Assembly (NCBI RefSeq): GCF_016127575.1
Contig: NZ_CP066018.1
Coordinates: forward strand, 1,620,001-1,652,000
DNA length: 32,000 bases
Direction: 5' to 3'
Origin: Cupriavidus necator
GTDB taxonomy: Bacteria; Pseudomonadota; Gammaproteobacteria; Burkholderiales; Burkholderiaceae
The notes below the pieces were generated by a model that did no database searches, was not told the origin of the DNA, and saw only the letters and a list, made by a program, of their open reading frames with translations. Positions 17,387-30,305 of this stretch are shown piece after piece. Position 1 is the stretch's first letter, and the number at the start of each line of letters is the position of its first letter. The position numbers and the translations under genes are program-made.

Positions 17387-18259
17387 ATGGCGGAGGCAAT
17401 CAACCAAGCTGCGGTACTGCCGCCGGTCATCGTACGCCTGCCGGAAGGGGAGGCGCTGCCGCTGGTATGCGACTCGCCGCACAGCGGTACCGAGTACCCG
17501 GCTGACTTCGGTGCGGCGATCCCGGCCGCGCGCCTGCGTGGCGGCGAGGATACCCACGTCGATGCCTTGTGGGAGGCCGTGCCCGCAGCAGGTGGTACGC
17601 TGCTGGCGGCCACTTTCCCGCGGGTCTATATCGACCCGAACCGGATGCCCGACGACATCGACCCGGCCCAGCTCGACGGCACCTGGCCGACGGCATTGGC
17701 CCCGGGGCCGAAGACGCGGCTGGGCTTCGGCCTGATCTGGAGCCGGGTCGACGCCAGCACGCCGATCTATGACCGCCGCCTGTCCGTGACGGAAGTGCAG
17801 GCCCGTATAGACCGCTACTACCGGCCATACCATGCGGCGCTGGCCGAGGCCGTGGAGGGCGCCCACCAGCGCTTTGGCGCGCTCTGGCACCTGAACCTGC
17901 ACTCCATGCCCAACAACGCCTACGAGCGGCTCAAGATCGCCAGCCCGCATCCGCTGGCGGACTTTGTGCTGGGCGACCGTGACGGCACCACCTGCGAGCC
18001 GGGACTGGTCGACCTGGTCGAACGGGAACTGCGCGGCATGGGTTACACGGTGGCTCGCAACGACCCGTACAAGGGCGTGCAGCTGATCGCGCAGATTGGC
18101 CGGCCGGCCGAGCGGCGCAATAGCCTGCAGATCGAAATCCGGCGGCCGCTGTATATGGACGAGGTGACGCGCGAGCGCAATGCCGGGTTCGCCACCTTGC
18201 AGCGCGATCTTGACAAGCTGACCCAGCAGGTTACGGGCTATATCCGCGCGCAGCTTTGA
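17387..18259 (+). CDS. N-formylglutamate amidohydrolase family protein
   Basis: 290 aa, beginning 3 nt after the Bug gene stop. The sequence pattern LVCDSPHSGTEYPADF...HLNLHSMP...DFVLGDRDGTTC is consistent with the FGase (HutG-like) family. This assignment is from memory of the family. Confidence 0.65.
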   Translation: MAEAINQAAVLPPVIVRLPEGEALPLVCDSPHSGTEYPADFGAAIPAARLRGGEDTHVDALWEAVPAAGGTLLAATFPRVYIDPNRMPDDIDPAQLDGTWPTALAPGPKTRLGFGLIWSRVDASTPIYDRRLSVTEVQARIDRYYRPYHAALAEAVEGAHQRFGALWHLNLHSMPNNAYERLKIASPHPLADFVLGDRDGTTCEPGLVDLVERELRGMGYTVARNDPYKGVQLIAQIGRPAERRNSLQIEIRRPLYMDEVTRERNAGFATLQRDLDKLTQQVTGYIRAQL

Positions 18260-18265
18260 GGCGCT

Positions 18266-18281
18266 TGTTCCTCGTGAAACA
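18266..18281. other. parS-like site with one mismatch
   Basis: TGTTCCTCGTGAAACA compared with the consensus TGTTNCACGTGAAACA; position 7 is T instead of A. Confidence 0.6.
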
Positions 18282-18283
18282 TC

Positions 18284-18310
18284 AGGCCGGGCCATGTGCC
18301 CGGCCTTTTT
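18284..18310 (+). terminator. Rho-independent terminator after the FGase-family gene
   Basis: AGGCCGGGC (18284-18292) pairs perfectly with GCCCGGCCT (18298-18306) around a CATGT loop. A T5 run (18306-18310) shares its first T with the stem. Confidence 0.75.
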
Positions 18311-18325
18311 GTTTCACGTGGAACA
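18310..18325. other. parS centromere site
   Basis: TGTTTCACGTGGAACA. Its reverse complement, TGTTCCACGTGAAACA, matches the ParB-binding consensus at all 15 specified positions. Confidence 0.85.
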
Positions 18326-18367
18326 TAACGTCGCTTTCGAGCGACTCGCCGGGTATCGCCAACGCCA

Positions 18368-18383
18368 TGTTTCACGTGAAACA
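18368..18383. other. parS centromere site (perfect palindrome)
   Basis: TGTTTCACGTGAAACA. Confidence 0.85.
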
Positions 18384-18418
18384 TGGTTACCATCGGAAGG
18401 CGGCTAGTCGATTGCCGC

Positions 18419-18424
18419 TATAAT
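18419..18424 (+). promoter_or_regulatory. candidate -10 element for mnmG
   Basis: A perfect TATAAT lies 47 nt upstream of the mnmG ATG. I found no good -35. parS at 18368-18383 sits just upstream of where a -35 would be. Confidence 0.3.
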
Positions 18425-18470
18425 TTCGCATTCCCGTATTTTCCCGCCAGCCTCCCGGAGGAGGTGTCCC

Positions 18471-20429
<1,959 letters not shown>

Positions 20430-20450
20430 GTGCCCGGTCCGCGACACACC

Positions 20451-21152
20451 ATGACCGACGACGCCACGCAGCGCCGTCGCCTTGAAGCCGGTCTGGCCCA
20501 GATCGGACTGGCGCTGGCGCCGGCCCAGATCGACACCTTGTTTGCCTACCTGGCGCTGCTGCGTAAATGGAACGGCGTCTACAACCTGACCGCAATCCGC
20601 CACCCCGATGAGATGCTTACGCATCACATGCTGGACTCGCTCGCCGCCGTGCCGGCACTGGCCGAAGCCGCGCGTGCCGCAGAGGTAGGCACGCCGGCGC
20701 GGGGCAGGGTATTGGACGTGGGCTCGGGCGGCGGCATGCCCGGCCTGCCGCTGGCCATCGCCTGTCCCGACGTGTCGGTGCTGATGGTGGACATCGTGCA
20801 GAAGAAGACCGCCTTCCTGACCCAGTGCCGTGCGCAACTCGGGCTCTCCAATGCCGCGGCGCATTGGGGGCCGGTGGAGAAGCTCGACGATGCCAGCGGC
20901 TTTGCCGTGATCACCTCGCGCGCGTTTGCGGAACTGACTGATTTCGTGAACCTGTCGGGCCAGCTCCTTGCACCGCACGGCAAGCTGATCGCCATGAAGG
21001 GGGTTTATCCACAGGCCGAGCTGGACCGCATGGAAGCTGCCGGGCTGATGGCGCAATGGCAGGTCGATGCGGTTCCCCGCATCACCGTGCCCGGGCTGGA
21101 TGCCGAGCGCCACCTGGTGGTGCTGTCGCGGCGCGCAAGCGCCCACGCATGA
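20451..21152 (+). CDS. rsmG: 16S rRNA (guanine527-N7)-methyltransferase RsmG (GidB)
   Basis: It contains the SAM-binding motif VLDVGSGGGMPGLPLAI and sits after mnmG. The start is uncertain: ATG at 20451 (233 aa), or GTG at 20430 directly after the mnmG stop with an AGAGG 8 nt upstream. Confidence 0.85.
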   Translation: MTDDATQRRRLEAGLAQIGLALAPAQIDTLFAYLALLRKWNGVYNLTAIRHPDEMLTHHMLDSLAAVPALAEAARAAEVGTPARGRVLDVGSGGGMPGLPLAIACPDVSVLMVDIVQKKTAFLTQCRAQLGLSNAAAHWGPVEKLDDASGFAVITSRAFAELTDFVNLSGQLLAPHGKLIAMKGVYPQAELDRMEAAGLMAQWQVDAVPRITVPGLDAERHLVVLSRRASAHA

Positions 21153-21159
21153 CGTACGC

Positions 21160-21183
21160 CGCGGCGCTGCGTGCAGCGCCGCG
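21160..21183 (+). other. perfect GC-rich stem-loop between rsmG and parA
   Basis: CGCGGCGCTGC (21160-21170) pairs with GCAGCGCCGCG (21173-21183). No U-tract follows. Confidence 0.4.
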
Positions 21184-21236
21184 AACTGCCAGCCCCGCGC
21201 TGGCCGGATGAATTGAAGCAGGAGCCTCAGTAGCTT

Positions 21237-22010
21237 ATGGCCAAGGTATTCGTGATCGCAAACCAGAAGGGCGGGGTAGGCAAGACCACCACCACGGTGA
21301 ACCTCGCCGCCGGCCTGGCCGCGCAGGACCAGCGCGTGCTGCTGGTCGACCTGGACCCGCAGGGCAATGCCTCGATGGGTTCGGGCATCGACAAGCAGGC
21401 GCTGGAGCACAGCGTGTACCAGGTGCTGGTCGGCCTGGCCAGCATCAAGCAGGCGCGCCAGCGTTCCGAGACCGGCAGGTACGATGTGCTGCCCGCCAAC
21501 CGCGAACTGGCCGGCGCGGAAGTGGAACTGGTCGAGCTGGACCAGCGCGAGCGCCGCCTCAGGCAGGCCATCGCAGAGGTCAATGACGAATATGACTTCG
21601 TGCTGATCGACTGCCCGCCGTCGCTGTCGCTGCTGACGCTGAATGGCCTGTGCGCCGCGCATGGCGTGATCGTGCCGATGCAGTGCGAGTATTTCGCGCT
21701 GGAAGGGCTGTCGGACCTGGTCAACACCATCAAGCAGGTGCACGCCAACCTGAATCGCGACCTGCAGGTGATCGGCCTGCTGCGCGTCATGTTCGATCCG
21801 CGCGTCACGCTGCAGCAGCAGGTGTCGGCGCAGCTGGAATCGCACTTCGGTGAAAAGGTCTTCAAGACCCTGATCCCGCGCAATGTGCGGCTGGCCGAGG
21901 CACCGTCCTATGGCATGCCGGGCGTGGCGTTCGATCCGTCATCGAAGGGCGCCAAGGCGTACCTGGATTTCGGCGCCGAGATGATCGCGCGCGTCAGGCA
22001 GCTGGGCTGA
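21237..22010 (+). CDS. parA: chromosome partitioning ATPase ParA (Soj)
   Basis: 257 aa. It has the deviant Walker A motif MAKVFVIANQKGGVGKTTT. Confidence 0.95.
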   Translation: MAKVFVIANQKGGVGKTTTTVNLAAGLAAQDQRVLLVDLDPQGNASMGSGIDKQALEHSVYQVLVGLASIKQARQRSETGRYDVLPANRELAGAEVELVELDQRERRLRQAIAEVNDEYDFVLIDCPPSLSLLTLNGLCAAHGVIVPMQCEYFALEGLSDLVNTIKQVHANLNRDLQVIGLLRVMFDPRVTLQQQVSAQLESHFGEKVFKTLIPRNVRLAEAPSYGMPGVAFDPSSKGAKAYLDFGAEMIARVRQLG

Positions 22011-22024
22011 AGGAGAGGGCAAGC

Positions 22025-22927
22025 ATGAGCACTGCAAAGAAAAAGGGCCTGGGCCGCGGCCTTGAAGCGTTGCTGGGCGGGCCGGCCGAAATCGTTGAAT
22101 CGGTGAAGCAGGAGGGTGCGCCCACCGTGCTGCGCCTGAACCAGTTGCAGCCGGGCAAGTACCAGCCGCGCACGCGCATGGATGAAGGCGCGCTGCAGGA
22201 ACTGGCCGCCAGCATCCGCGCGCAGGGCCTGATGCAGCCGATCCTGGTGCGCCGTGTGGCCGAGCCGGACCGCTATGAAATCATCGCGGGCGAGCGGCGC
22301 TTCCGCGCGTCCAAGCTCGCCGGCCTGGACAAGGTGCCGGTGCTGGTGAAGGACGTGGCCGATGAAGCCGCGGCCGCGATGGCGCTGATCGAGAACATCC
22401 AGCGCGAAGACCTGAATCCGCTGGAAGAAGCGCAGGGCATCATGCGCCTGATCCGCGAGTTCAGTTTCACGCATGAGCAGGCGGCCGAGTCGGTCGGCCG
22501 TTCGCGCAGCGCGGTGTCGAACCTGCTGCGCCTGCTGAACCTGGCCGCACCGGTGCAGACCATGCTGATGGCGGGCGACCTCGACATGGGCCACGCGCGC
22601 GCGCTGCTGGCGGTGGACGGCGCCAACCAGATCACGCTGGCCAACCAGATCGTGAACAAGCGGCTGTCTGTGCGCGAGACCGAGAAGCTGGTGGCGTCCA
22701 CGCTCAAGCCGTTCGACCTGAAGTCGCTCAAGCAGAAGGGCGCCAACAACGTGCGCGACGTGGCACGGCTGGAAGAAGAACTGTCCGATGCGCTGGGCCT
22801 GGCGGTGCAGATCAAGCTGGGCGCGCGCGGCAAGGGCCAGCTCACCATCCACTTCAGCGACAACGACGCGCTTGAAGGCGTGCTCGTGCGGCTGCGCGAA
22901 TCGACTGAAAAGCAGAAGGTCGCCTGA
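22025..22927 (+). CDS. parB: chromosome partitioning protein ParB (Spo0J), parS-binding
   Basis: 300 aa. It contains KKKGLGRGLEALLG and the ParB box IIAGERRFRAS, plus an HTH region. A GGAGAGGG SD is present. Confidence 0.95.
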   Translation: MSTAKKKGLGRGLEALLGGPAEIVESVKQEGAPTVLRLNQLQPGKYQPRTRMDEGALQELAASIRAQGLMQPILVRRVAEPDRYEIIAGERRFRASKLAGLDKVPVLVKDVADEAAAAMALIENIQREDLNPLEEAQGIMRLIREFSFTHEQAAESVGRSRSAVSNLLRLLNLAAPVQTMLMAGDLDMGHARALLAVDGANQITLANQIVNKRLSVRETEKLVASTLKPFDLKSLKQKGANNVRDVARLEEELSDALGLAVQIKLGARGKGQLTIHFSDNDALEGVLVRLRESTEKQKVA

Positions 22928-23194
22928 GGCAGGGTGCCAAGGCGCGCGTAACTTTGCGTGCGCAATTCGGTGCGATTAACGGCCATTGCGGCGATGACTG
23001 TTGCGTGTACGCTGCAGTGTCCGTTCCTGGGACCGGTATACGTACGGCGTACCCGGTAATCCCTCATCATGCGCAGGGTTCGCTGCGCAATCCAATTACG
23101 TCAAACATTATTGCTGCGCAATTTTTGTGAAGCCATCATGGCATCGTGATGGCAACCGTTGTGCGCAACACACTGCAAGCTAAATGTAAGCAGA

Positions 23195-23224
23195 TTGACG
23201 CGAATCAGTAGTTCCCCTTAAAAT
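23195..23224 (+). promoter_or_regulatory. candidate sigma70 promoter of the atp operon
   Basis: -35 TTGACG (23195-23200), an 18-nt spacer, then -10 TAAAAT (23219-23224). Confidence 0.45.
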
Positions 23225-23283
23225 CGTGCGGTTTGAATTCTGGTCGGGCCGAAAAGTTCCGGCCTGGAATAAGGCGAGCAGTA

Positions 23284-23787
23284 GTGGTTCAAGACCGTCA
23301 GCAGCGAGGCGCCGGGTCCCGTCAGGAAGATGACTGGGACGACTGGAAAGAAGGCGCAGACCGTGAGGAAGAGGCTGTCGATCCGCTGTCGCACGCCGAG
23401 GCGGTGACGCTGTTTGGTGAGCGCGCGTTGCGCCCTTCGCGCATGACCCCGGGCAAGGTTGTCCTGGCGCAGGTGATGGTCACCCTGCTGTCGGCACTGT
23501 GCTGGGCGCTGTTCGCGAAAGAGGCCGGCCCGTATGGCTGGTCGGCGCTGTTCGGCGGCATGGTGTGCTTCGTGCCGAGCGGGTTCTTCGCGTTCCGCCT
23601 GTGGCTGGCGCGCGACCGGGCTTCGGTCGGCGGACTGGTCCTGGGCGAGGCGATCAAGGTCTTTGGCACGGCGGCTCTGCTGGTGCTGGTGGTGGTGCTG
23701 TACCGGGATCTGCGTTGGGTGCCGATGCTGGTCACGTTCCTGCTGGCGCTAAAGACATATTTGGTGGTGGCTCTGGTGATCCGCTAG
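23284..23787 (+). CDS. atpI: ATP synthase protein I (AtpI)
   Basis: Small membrane protein directly upstream of atpB with a hydrophobic C-terminal half (VVLAQVMVTLLSALCW..., LLVLVVVLY...). The start is uncertain. The GTG at 23284 was chosen because the track start (TTG at 23233) lies only 9 nt after the candidate -10. An internal ATG (MTPGKVV...) would give about 113 aa. Confidence 0.65.
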   Translation: MVQDRQQRGAGSRQEDDWDDWKEGADREEEAVDPLSHAEAVTLFGERALRPSRMTPGKVVLAQVMVTLLSALCWALFAKEAGPYGWSALFGGMVCFVPSGFFAFRLWLARDRASVGGLVLGEAIKVFGTAALLVLVVVLYRDLRWVPMLVTFLLALKTYLVVALVIR

Positions 23788-23902
23788 GCCAGCCGCACGA
23801 AGGCGGTGCCTCATCCGGAAATGGGGCACCAAGACGGAATATCAAGATTTGCCGTGCCGGTTTCACAGTGGTGACACCGGACACGGCCAAGGTTGGACCC
23901 CG

Positions 23903-23945
23903 CTTGCATTGCGGTGACCGGCGAATCCGCCGAAGGCAATGCAAG
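23903..23945 (+). other. perfect 10-bp stem-loop in the atpI-atpB spacer
   Basis: CTTGCATTGC (23903-23912) pairs with GCAATGCAAG (23936-23945). An inner GGCG/CGCC helix is also present. Confidence 0.4.
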
Positions 23946-24018
23946 TTGCGTACCGGGCGTTGGCCAGACAGTGGCGGCGCGCGGCCCGAAGATTTCGCAA
24001 TATACCGTTCGTATCGAC

Positions 24019-24885
24019 ATGTCTGATGCTACCCAAGGCGCCGAACACGCGCTGACACCCTCCGGCTATATCGCCGAACACTTGCAGAACTTGAACTCGG
24101 TCGGCGGCAAGCAAGCGTCGGTGGTCGATTTCTCCGTGATCAACTACGACACGGTGTTCTGGTCCGTGCTGTGCGGCGCCATCGCCGTGCTGTTCCTGTA
24201 CGCCGCCGCGCGCCGCGTCACCGCTGGCGTGCCGGGCCGCTTCCAGGCCTTCGTCGAGATGATCGTCGAGATGGTCGATGACCAGGCCAAGGGCATCATC
24301 CACGGCGACCGTTCGTGGATCGCGCCGCTGGCGCTGATGGTGTTCTGCTGGATCACCATGATGAACGCGATCGACCTGATCCCGGTGGACTGGGTCAACG
24401 GCCTGAATCAAGTCCTCGGCATCTTCCACCTGCACATCCCCCACCACCGTGCAGTGGCCACGGCCGACCTGAACGGCACGCTGGGCATGTCGTGCTCGGT
24501 GCTGGTGCTGATGATCTACTACAGCTTCAAGATCAAGGGCACGGGCGGCTTCATGCACGAACTGTTCTCGGCCCCGTTCGGCGCCAAGTGGTATCTGGCC
24601 CCGTTCAACCTGGTCCTGAACCTGATCGAATTCCTGGCCAAGGCCGTTTCGCTCGGCATGCGATTGTTCGGCAACATGTACGCCGGCGAACTCGTGTTCC
24701 TGCTGATCGCGCTGCTGGGTTCGATCTGGACGTTCGGCGCCGACCTGTCCGCGCTGGGCTTTGTCGGCCACGTGCTGGCCGGCGCGGTATGGGCGATCTT
24801 CCACATCCTGATCGTCCTGCTCCAGGCCTTCATCTTCATGATGCTGACGCTGGTGTACATCGGCCAGGCTCACGATCACCACTGA
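24019..24885 (+). CDS. atpB: F0F1 ATP synthase subunit a
   Basis: The start is placed at the ATG at 24019 ([22 protein letters not shown]). The conserved C-terminal region [16 protein letters not shown] contains the essential Arg. Confidence 0.9.
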   Translation: MSDATQGAEHALTPSGYIAEHLQNLNSVGGKQASVVDFSVINYDTVFWSVLCGAIAVLFLYAAARRVTAGVPGRFQAFVEMIVEMVDDQAKGIIHGDRSWIAPLALMVFCWITMMNAIDLIPVDWVNGLNQVLGIFHLHIPHHRAVATADLNGTLGMSCSVLVLMIYYSFKIKGTGGFMHELFSAPFGAKWYLAPFNLVLNLIEFLAKAVSLGMRLFGNMYAGELVFLLIALLGSIWTFGADLSALGFVGHVLAGAVWAIFHILIVLLQAFIFMMLTLVYIGQAHDHH

Positions 24886-24890
24886 TTTTC

Positions 24891-24918
24891 GGTTTTTTGG
24901 TTTTTTGGTTTTTTGGTT
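24891..24918 (+). repeat. tandem (GGTTTTTT)x3 plus a partial fourth copy, upstream of the atpE SD
   Basis: GGTTTTTT GGTTTTTT GGTTTTTT GGTT at 24891-24918. The AAGGAG SD is at 24937-24942 and the atpE ATG at 24948. Confidence 0.9.
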
Positions 24919-24932
24919 CTAAGTCTCTCTAA

Positions 24933-25214
<282 letters not shown>

Positions 25215-25313
25215 TTCTTTTCGGTCTGCATGATGCTGACGGGCGGCGCGGGCCACCAGCCTGGCCGCCTTTTGTGCATTTATCTGTAGTTTGATTACCG
25301 AAAGGAACACACC

Positions 25314-25784
25314 ATGAATCTGAACGCAACGTTTTTTGCGCAGATGGTCGTGTTCTTCATCCTGTGGTGGGTTGTTGCCAAATTCATTTGGCCGCCGCTG
25401 GTGAAGGCGCTCGACGAACGCGCAAAGAAGATCGCCGATGGCCTCGCCGCTGCCGAGAAGGGCAAGGCCGAGCTCGAACTCGCCAACAAGCGTGTGGACC
25501 AGGCTATGGCCGAAGCCCGCACCGAGGGTGCACAACGCGTCGCTGACGCCGAGAAGCGCGCCCAGCTGACGGCAGACGAGATCAAGCAAAACGCCCAGGC
25601 AGAAGCCGCACGCATCATTGCCCAGGCCAAGGCCGAAGCAGAACAGCAGGTTACCCGCGCACGCGAAGCACTGCGTGACCAGGTTGCCGTGCTGGCCGTC
25701 AAGGGTGCCGAGCAGATCCTCAAGCGTGAAGTGAACGCGCAGGTCCACACCGACCTGCTCAATCAACTCAAGGCTGAGCTCTAA
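25314..25784 (+). CDS. atpF: F0F1 ATP synthase subunit b
   Basis: 156 aa. One N-terminal TM helix is followed by a long Ala/Glu/Lys-rich helix. Confidence 0.9.
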   Translation: MNLNATFFAQMVVFFILWWVVAKFIWPPLVKALDERAKKIADGLAAAEKGKAELELANKRVDQAMAEARTEGAQRVADAEKRAQLTADEIKQNAQAEAARIIAQAKAEAEQQVTRAREALRDQVAVLAVKGAEQILKREVNAQVHTDLLNQLKAEL

Positions 25785-25786
25785 TC

Positions 25787-26329
25787 ATGGCTGAAACCGC
25801 AACCATTGCCCGTCCCTACGCTGAGGCGCTGTTCCGCGTCGCCAGCGAATCGAGCGCAGGCAACCTGGGTGCATGGTCCGAGCTGGTGTCGGAGATGGGG
25901 CAGGTTGCTGCCAATCCCGACATGAAGGCGGTAGCCGGCGATCCGAACGTTCCCGGCGACAAGCTGGCCGAACTGTTCCTGTCGGTGCTGAAGTCCCCGC
26001 TGAATGACGAGGCTCGCCGCTTCGTCAAGCTGCTGGTGGATAACGGCCGCCTGACGGTGATGCCGGAAATCGCCGAGCAGTTCCATGTGCTCAAGAACGC
26101 CCGCGAAGGGTCGTCGGATGTCGAGATCACCAGCGCATTCCCGCTGGAAGGTTCGCAGTTGAACGACCTGGTCGCTGCACTCGAACGCAAGTTCGGCCGC
26201 AAGCTGTATGCGCAGGTGGCGGTGGACCCGTCCCTGATCGGCGGCGTGAGCGTCAAGGTCGGCGACGAAGTGCTCGACACCTCCGTGCGTTCGCGCCTGG
26301 CTGCCATGCAAGCCACGCTGACCGCCTGA
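25787..26329 (+). CDS. atpH: F0F1 ATP synthase subunit delta
   Basis: 180 aa. The N-terminus [10 protein letters not shown] is typical of delta/OSCP, and the operon position fits. Confidence 0.9.
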   Translation: MAETATIARPYAEALFRVASESSAGNLGAWSELVSEMGQVAANPDMKAVAGDPNVPGDKLAELFLSVLKSPLNDEARRFVKLLVDNGRLTVMPEIAEQFHVLKNAREGSSDVEITSAFPLEGSQLNDLVAALERKFGRKLYAQVAVDPSLIGGVSVKVGDEVLDTSVRSRLAAMQATLTA

Positions 26330-26368
26330 CCGCACCGGCCGACGGATTGAAGAATTAGGAGCATTGTG

Positions 26369-27910
26369 ATGCAACTGAACCCCTCAGAAATCAGCGAGCT
26401 GATCAAGTCCCGCATCTCGGGCCTTGGCGCTGAAGCTGAAGTGCGCAATACCGGCACGGTGATCTCCGTGACCGATGGCATCTGCCGCGTGCATGGCCTG
26501 TCCGGCGTGATGCAGGGCGAGATGCTGGAATTCCCCGGCAACACCTTCGGCCTCGCGCTGAACCTCGAGCGCGACTCGGTCGGCGCCGTGGTGCTGGGTG
26601 AGTACGAACATATTTCCGAAGGCGACACGGTCAAGTGCACCGGCCGCATTCTGGAAGTGCCGGTGGGCAAGGAACTGCTGGGCCGCGTGGTGAACACGCT
26701 GGGCCAGCCGATCGACGGCAAGGGCCCGATCAACGCCAAGGAAACGGACGTGATCGAGAAGGTCGCCCCGGGCGTGATCGCGCGTCAGTCGGTGAGCCAG
26801 CCGGTGCAGACCGGCCTGAAGTCGATCGACGCGATGGTGCCGATCGGCCGTGGCCAGCGTGAGCTGATCATTGGCGACCGCCAGACCGGCAAGACCGCCG
26901 TCGCTGTCGACGCCATCATCAACCAGAAGGGCAAGGGCGTCTTCTGCGTCTACGTGGCAGTCGGCCAGAAGGCTTCGACGATCGCCAACGTGGTGCGCAA
27001 GCTGGAAGAGCACGGCGCGATGGAATACACCGTCGTCGTGGCCGCCGCCGCTTCGGACTCGGCCGCCATGCAGTACCTGGCACCGTACGCCGGCTGCACC
27101 ATGGGCGAGTACTTCCGCGACCGCGGCGAAGACGCGCTGATCGTCTATGACGACCTGACCAAGCAAGCCTGGGCCTACCGCCAGGTGTCGCTGCTGCTGC
27201 GCCGCCCGCCGGGCCGCGAAGCCTACCCGGGCGACGTGTTCTACCTGCACTCGCGCCTGCTGGAGCGTGCTGCCCGCGTGAACGCCGACTACGTCGAGAA
27301 GTTCACCAACGGCGCCGTCAAGGGCAAGACCGGTTCGCTGACCGCGCTGCCGGTGATCGAAACGCAGGCCGGCGACGTGTCCGCGTTCGTTCCGACCAAC
27401 GTGATCTCGATCACGGATGGCCAGATCTTCCTGGAAACCGACCTGTTCAACGCTGGTATCCGCCCCGCTATCAACGCCGGTATCTCGGTGTCGCGCGTCG
27501 GTGGTGCAGCCCAGACCAAGGTGGTGAAGAACCTGTCTGGCGGTATCCGTACCGACCTGGCCCAGTATCGTGAGCTGGCTGCGTTCGCGCAGTTCGCCTC
27601 GGACCTGGACGATGCCACCCGCAAGCAGCTCGAGCGCGGCCGCCGCGTGACCGAACTGCTCAAGCAGCCGCAATACCAGCCGCTGCAAGTGTGGCAGCTG
27701 GCCGCGTCGCTGTTCGCCGCCAACAACGGCTTCCTCGACAACGTGGAAGTGAAGGACATTCTGCCGTTCGAGAAGGGCCTGCACGACCATCTGAAGACCA
27801 AGTACGCCGATCTCATCAACCGCATCGAAGAGACCAAGCAGCTCTCGAAGGAAGATGAAGCCGCCCTGCGTGCCGCTGTCGAGGATTTCAAGAAGTCCGC
27901 CGCGTTCTAA
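26369..27910 (+). CDS. atpA: F0F1 ATP synthase subunit alpha
   Basis: The ATG at 26369 lies 7 nt after AGGAG (26357-26361). The N-terminus is [13 protein letters not shown] and the P-loop is GDRQTGKT. Confidence 0.95.
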   Translation: MQLNPSEISELIKSRISGLGAEAEVRNTGTVISVTDGICRVHGLSGVMQGEMLEFPGNTFGLALNLERDSVGAVVLGEYEHISEGDTVKCTGRILEVPVGKELLGRVVNTLGQPIDGKGPINAKETDVIEKVAPGVIARQSVSQPVQTGLKSIDAMVPIGRGQRELIIGDRQTGKTAVAVDAIINQKGKGVFCVYVAVGQKASTIANVVRKLEEHGAMEYTVVVAAAASDSAAMQYLAPYAGCTMGEYFRDRGEDALIVYDDLTKQAWAYRQVSLLLRRPPGREAYPGDVFYLHSRLLERAARVNADYVEKFTNGAVKGKTGSLTALPVIETQAGDVSAFVPTNVISITDGQIFLETDLFNAGIRPAINAGISVSRVGGAAQTKVVKNLSGGIRTDLAQYRELAAFAQFASDLDDATRKQLERGRRVTELLKQPQYQPLQVWQLAASLFAANNGFLDNVEVKDILPFEKGLHDHLKTKYADLINRIEETKQLSKEDEAALRAAVEDFKKSAAF

Positions 27911-27932
27911 CCGCGTGATTCCACGACACCGC

Positions 27933-27961
27933 CGCCGCGCCTGGCTCACGCCGGCGCGGCG
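27933..27961 (+). other. perfect 9-bp GC stem-loop between atpA and atpG
   Basis: CGCCGCGCC (27933-27941) pairs with GGCGCGGCG (27953-27961) around an 11-nt loop. No U-tract follows. Confidence 0.4.
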
Positions 27962-27984
27962 CTGGTTCGGATGGAGAGGAAGAT

Positions 27985-28860
27985 ATGGCCGGAACGAAAG
28001 AGATTCGAACCAAGATCAAGAGCGTGCAGAACACGCGCAAGATCACCAAGGCGATGGAGATGGTCGCCGCGTCCAAGATGCGCAAGGCGCAGGAGCGGAT
28101 GCGCAGTGCCCGTCCCTACGCCGAGAAGGTGCGCAACATTGCGGCGCACCTGGCTACGGCCAACCCCGAGTTCAAGCACCCGTTCATGCAGGAACGCGAA
28201 GTCAAGCGCGTCGGCATGATCGTGGTCACGACCGACAAGGGGCTGTGTGGCGGCCTGAACACGAACGTGTTGCGCGCCGTCACCAATGAACTGAAGACCC
28301 TGCAGGGCCGCGGCGTGGACGTGCAAGCCACCGCCATCGGCACCAAGGGCATGCAGTTCCTGGGCCGCGTCGGTGCCAAGGTGATCTCGCACGTGGTGCA
28401 CCTCGGTGACACCCCGCATCTGGAAAAGCTGATCGGCGCGATCAAGGTCCAGCTCGATGCCTTCACCAATGGTGAGGTCGACGCGGTGTACCTGGCGTAC
28501 ACCAAGTTCATCAATACGATGAAGCAGGAACCGATGGTCGAGCAGCTGCTGCCGCTCGCCGCCGACAAGCTGGTTCAGACCGAAGAAGAGAAGCGCGCCT
28601 ACTCGTGGGATTACATCTACGAGCCCGACGCCCAGACCGTAGTGGAAGAGCTGCTCGTCCGCTACGTCGAGGCGCTGGTGTACCAGGCCGTGGCCGAGAA
28701 CATGGCGTCCGAGCAATCGGCGCGCATGGTGGCCATGAAGGCTGCGTCCGACAACGCCAAGAACGTGATCGGCGAACTGCAACTGGTCTACAACAAGACC
28801 CGTCAGGCCGCGATTACCAAGGAACTGTCGGAAATCGTCAGCGGCGCAGCTGCGGTCTAA
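27985..28860 (+). CDS. atpG: F0F1 ATP synthase subunit gamma
   Basis: 291 aa. The N-terminus is [31 protein letters not shown] and the C-terminus is [15 protein letters not shown]. Confidence 0.95.
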   Translation: MAGTKEIRTKIKSVQNTRKITKAMEMVAASKMRKAQERMRSARPYAEKVRNIAAHLATANPEFKHPFMQEREVKRVGMIVVTTDKGLCGGLNTNVLRAVTNELKTLQGRGVDVQATAIGTKGMQFLGRVGAKVISHVVHLGDTPHLEKLIGAIKVQLDAFTNGEVDAVYLAYTKFINTMKQEPMVEQLLPLAADKLVQTEEEKRAYSWDYIYEPDAQTVVEELLVRYVEALVYQAVAENMASEQSARMVAMKAASDNAKNVIGELQLVYNKTRQAAITKELSEIVSGAAAV

Positions 28861-30297
<1,437 letters not shown>

Positions 30298-30305
30298 GCC
30301 TTGCT

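Noticed and set aside
18260-18470. oriC in the spacer upstream of mnmG (gidA), as in E. coli
   Set aside because: The spacer has no DnaA boxes and no AT-rich 13-mer-like unwinding element. It is occupied by a terminator and parS sites. In this bacterial group the origin is expected near dnaA, which is outside this window.
22441-22480. Possible fifth parS inside parB (AGTTTCACGCATGAGC)
   Set aside because: Only one half-site (GTTTCACG) matches and the second half is unrelated.
24891-24918. A CRISPR or minisatellite interpretation of the GGTTTTTT repeats
   Set aside because: The units are 8 nt, contiguous and have no spacers. This is a simple tandem repeat in an intercistronic UTR, not a CRISPR array.
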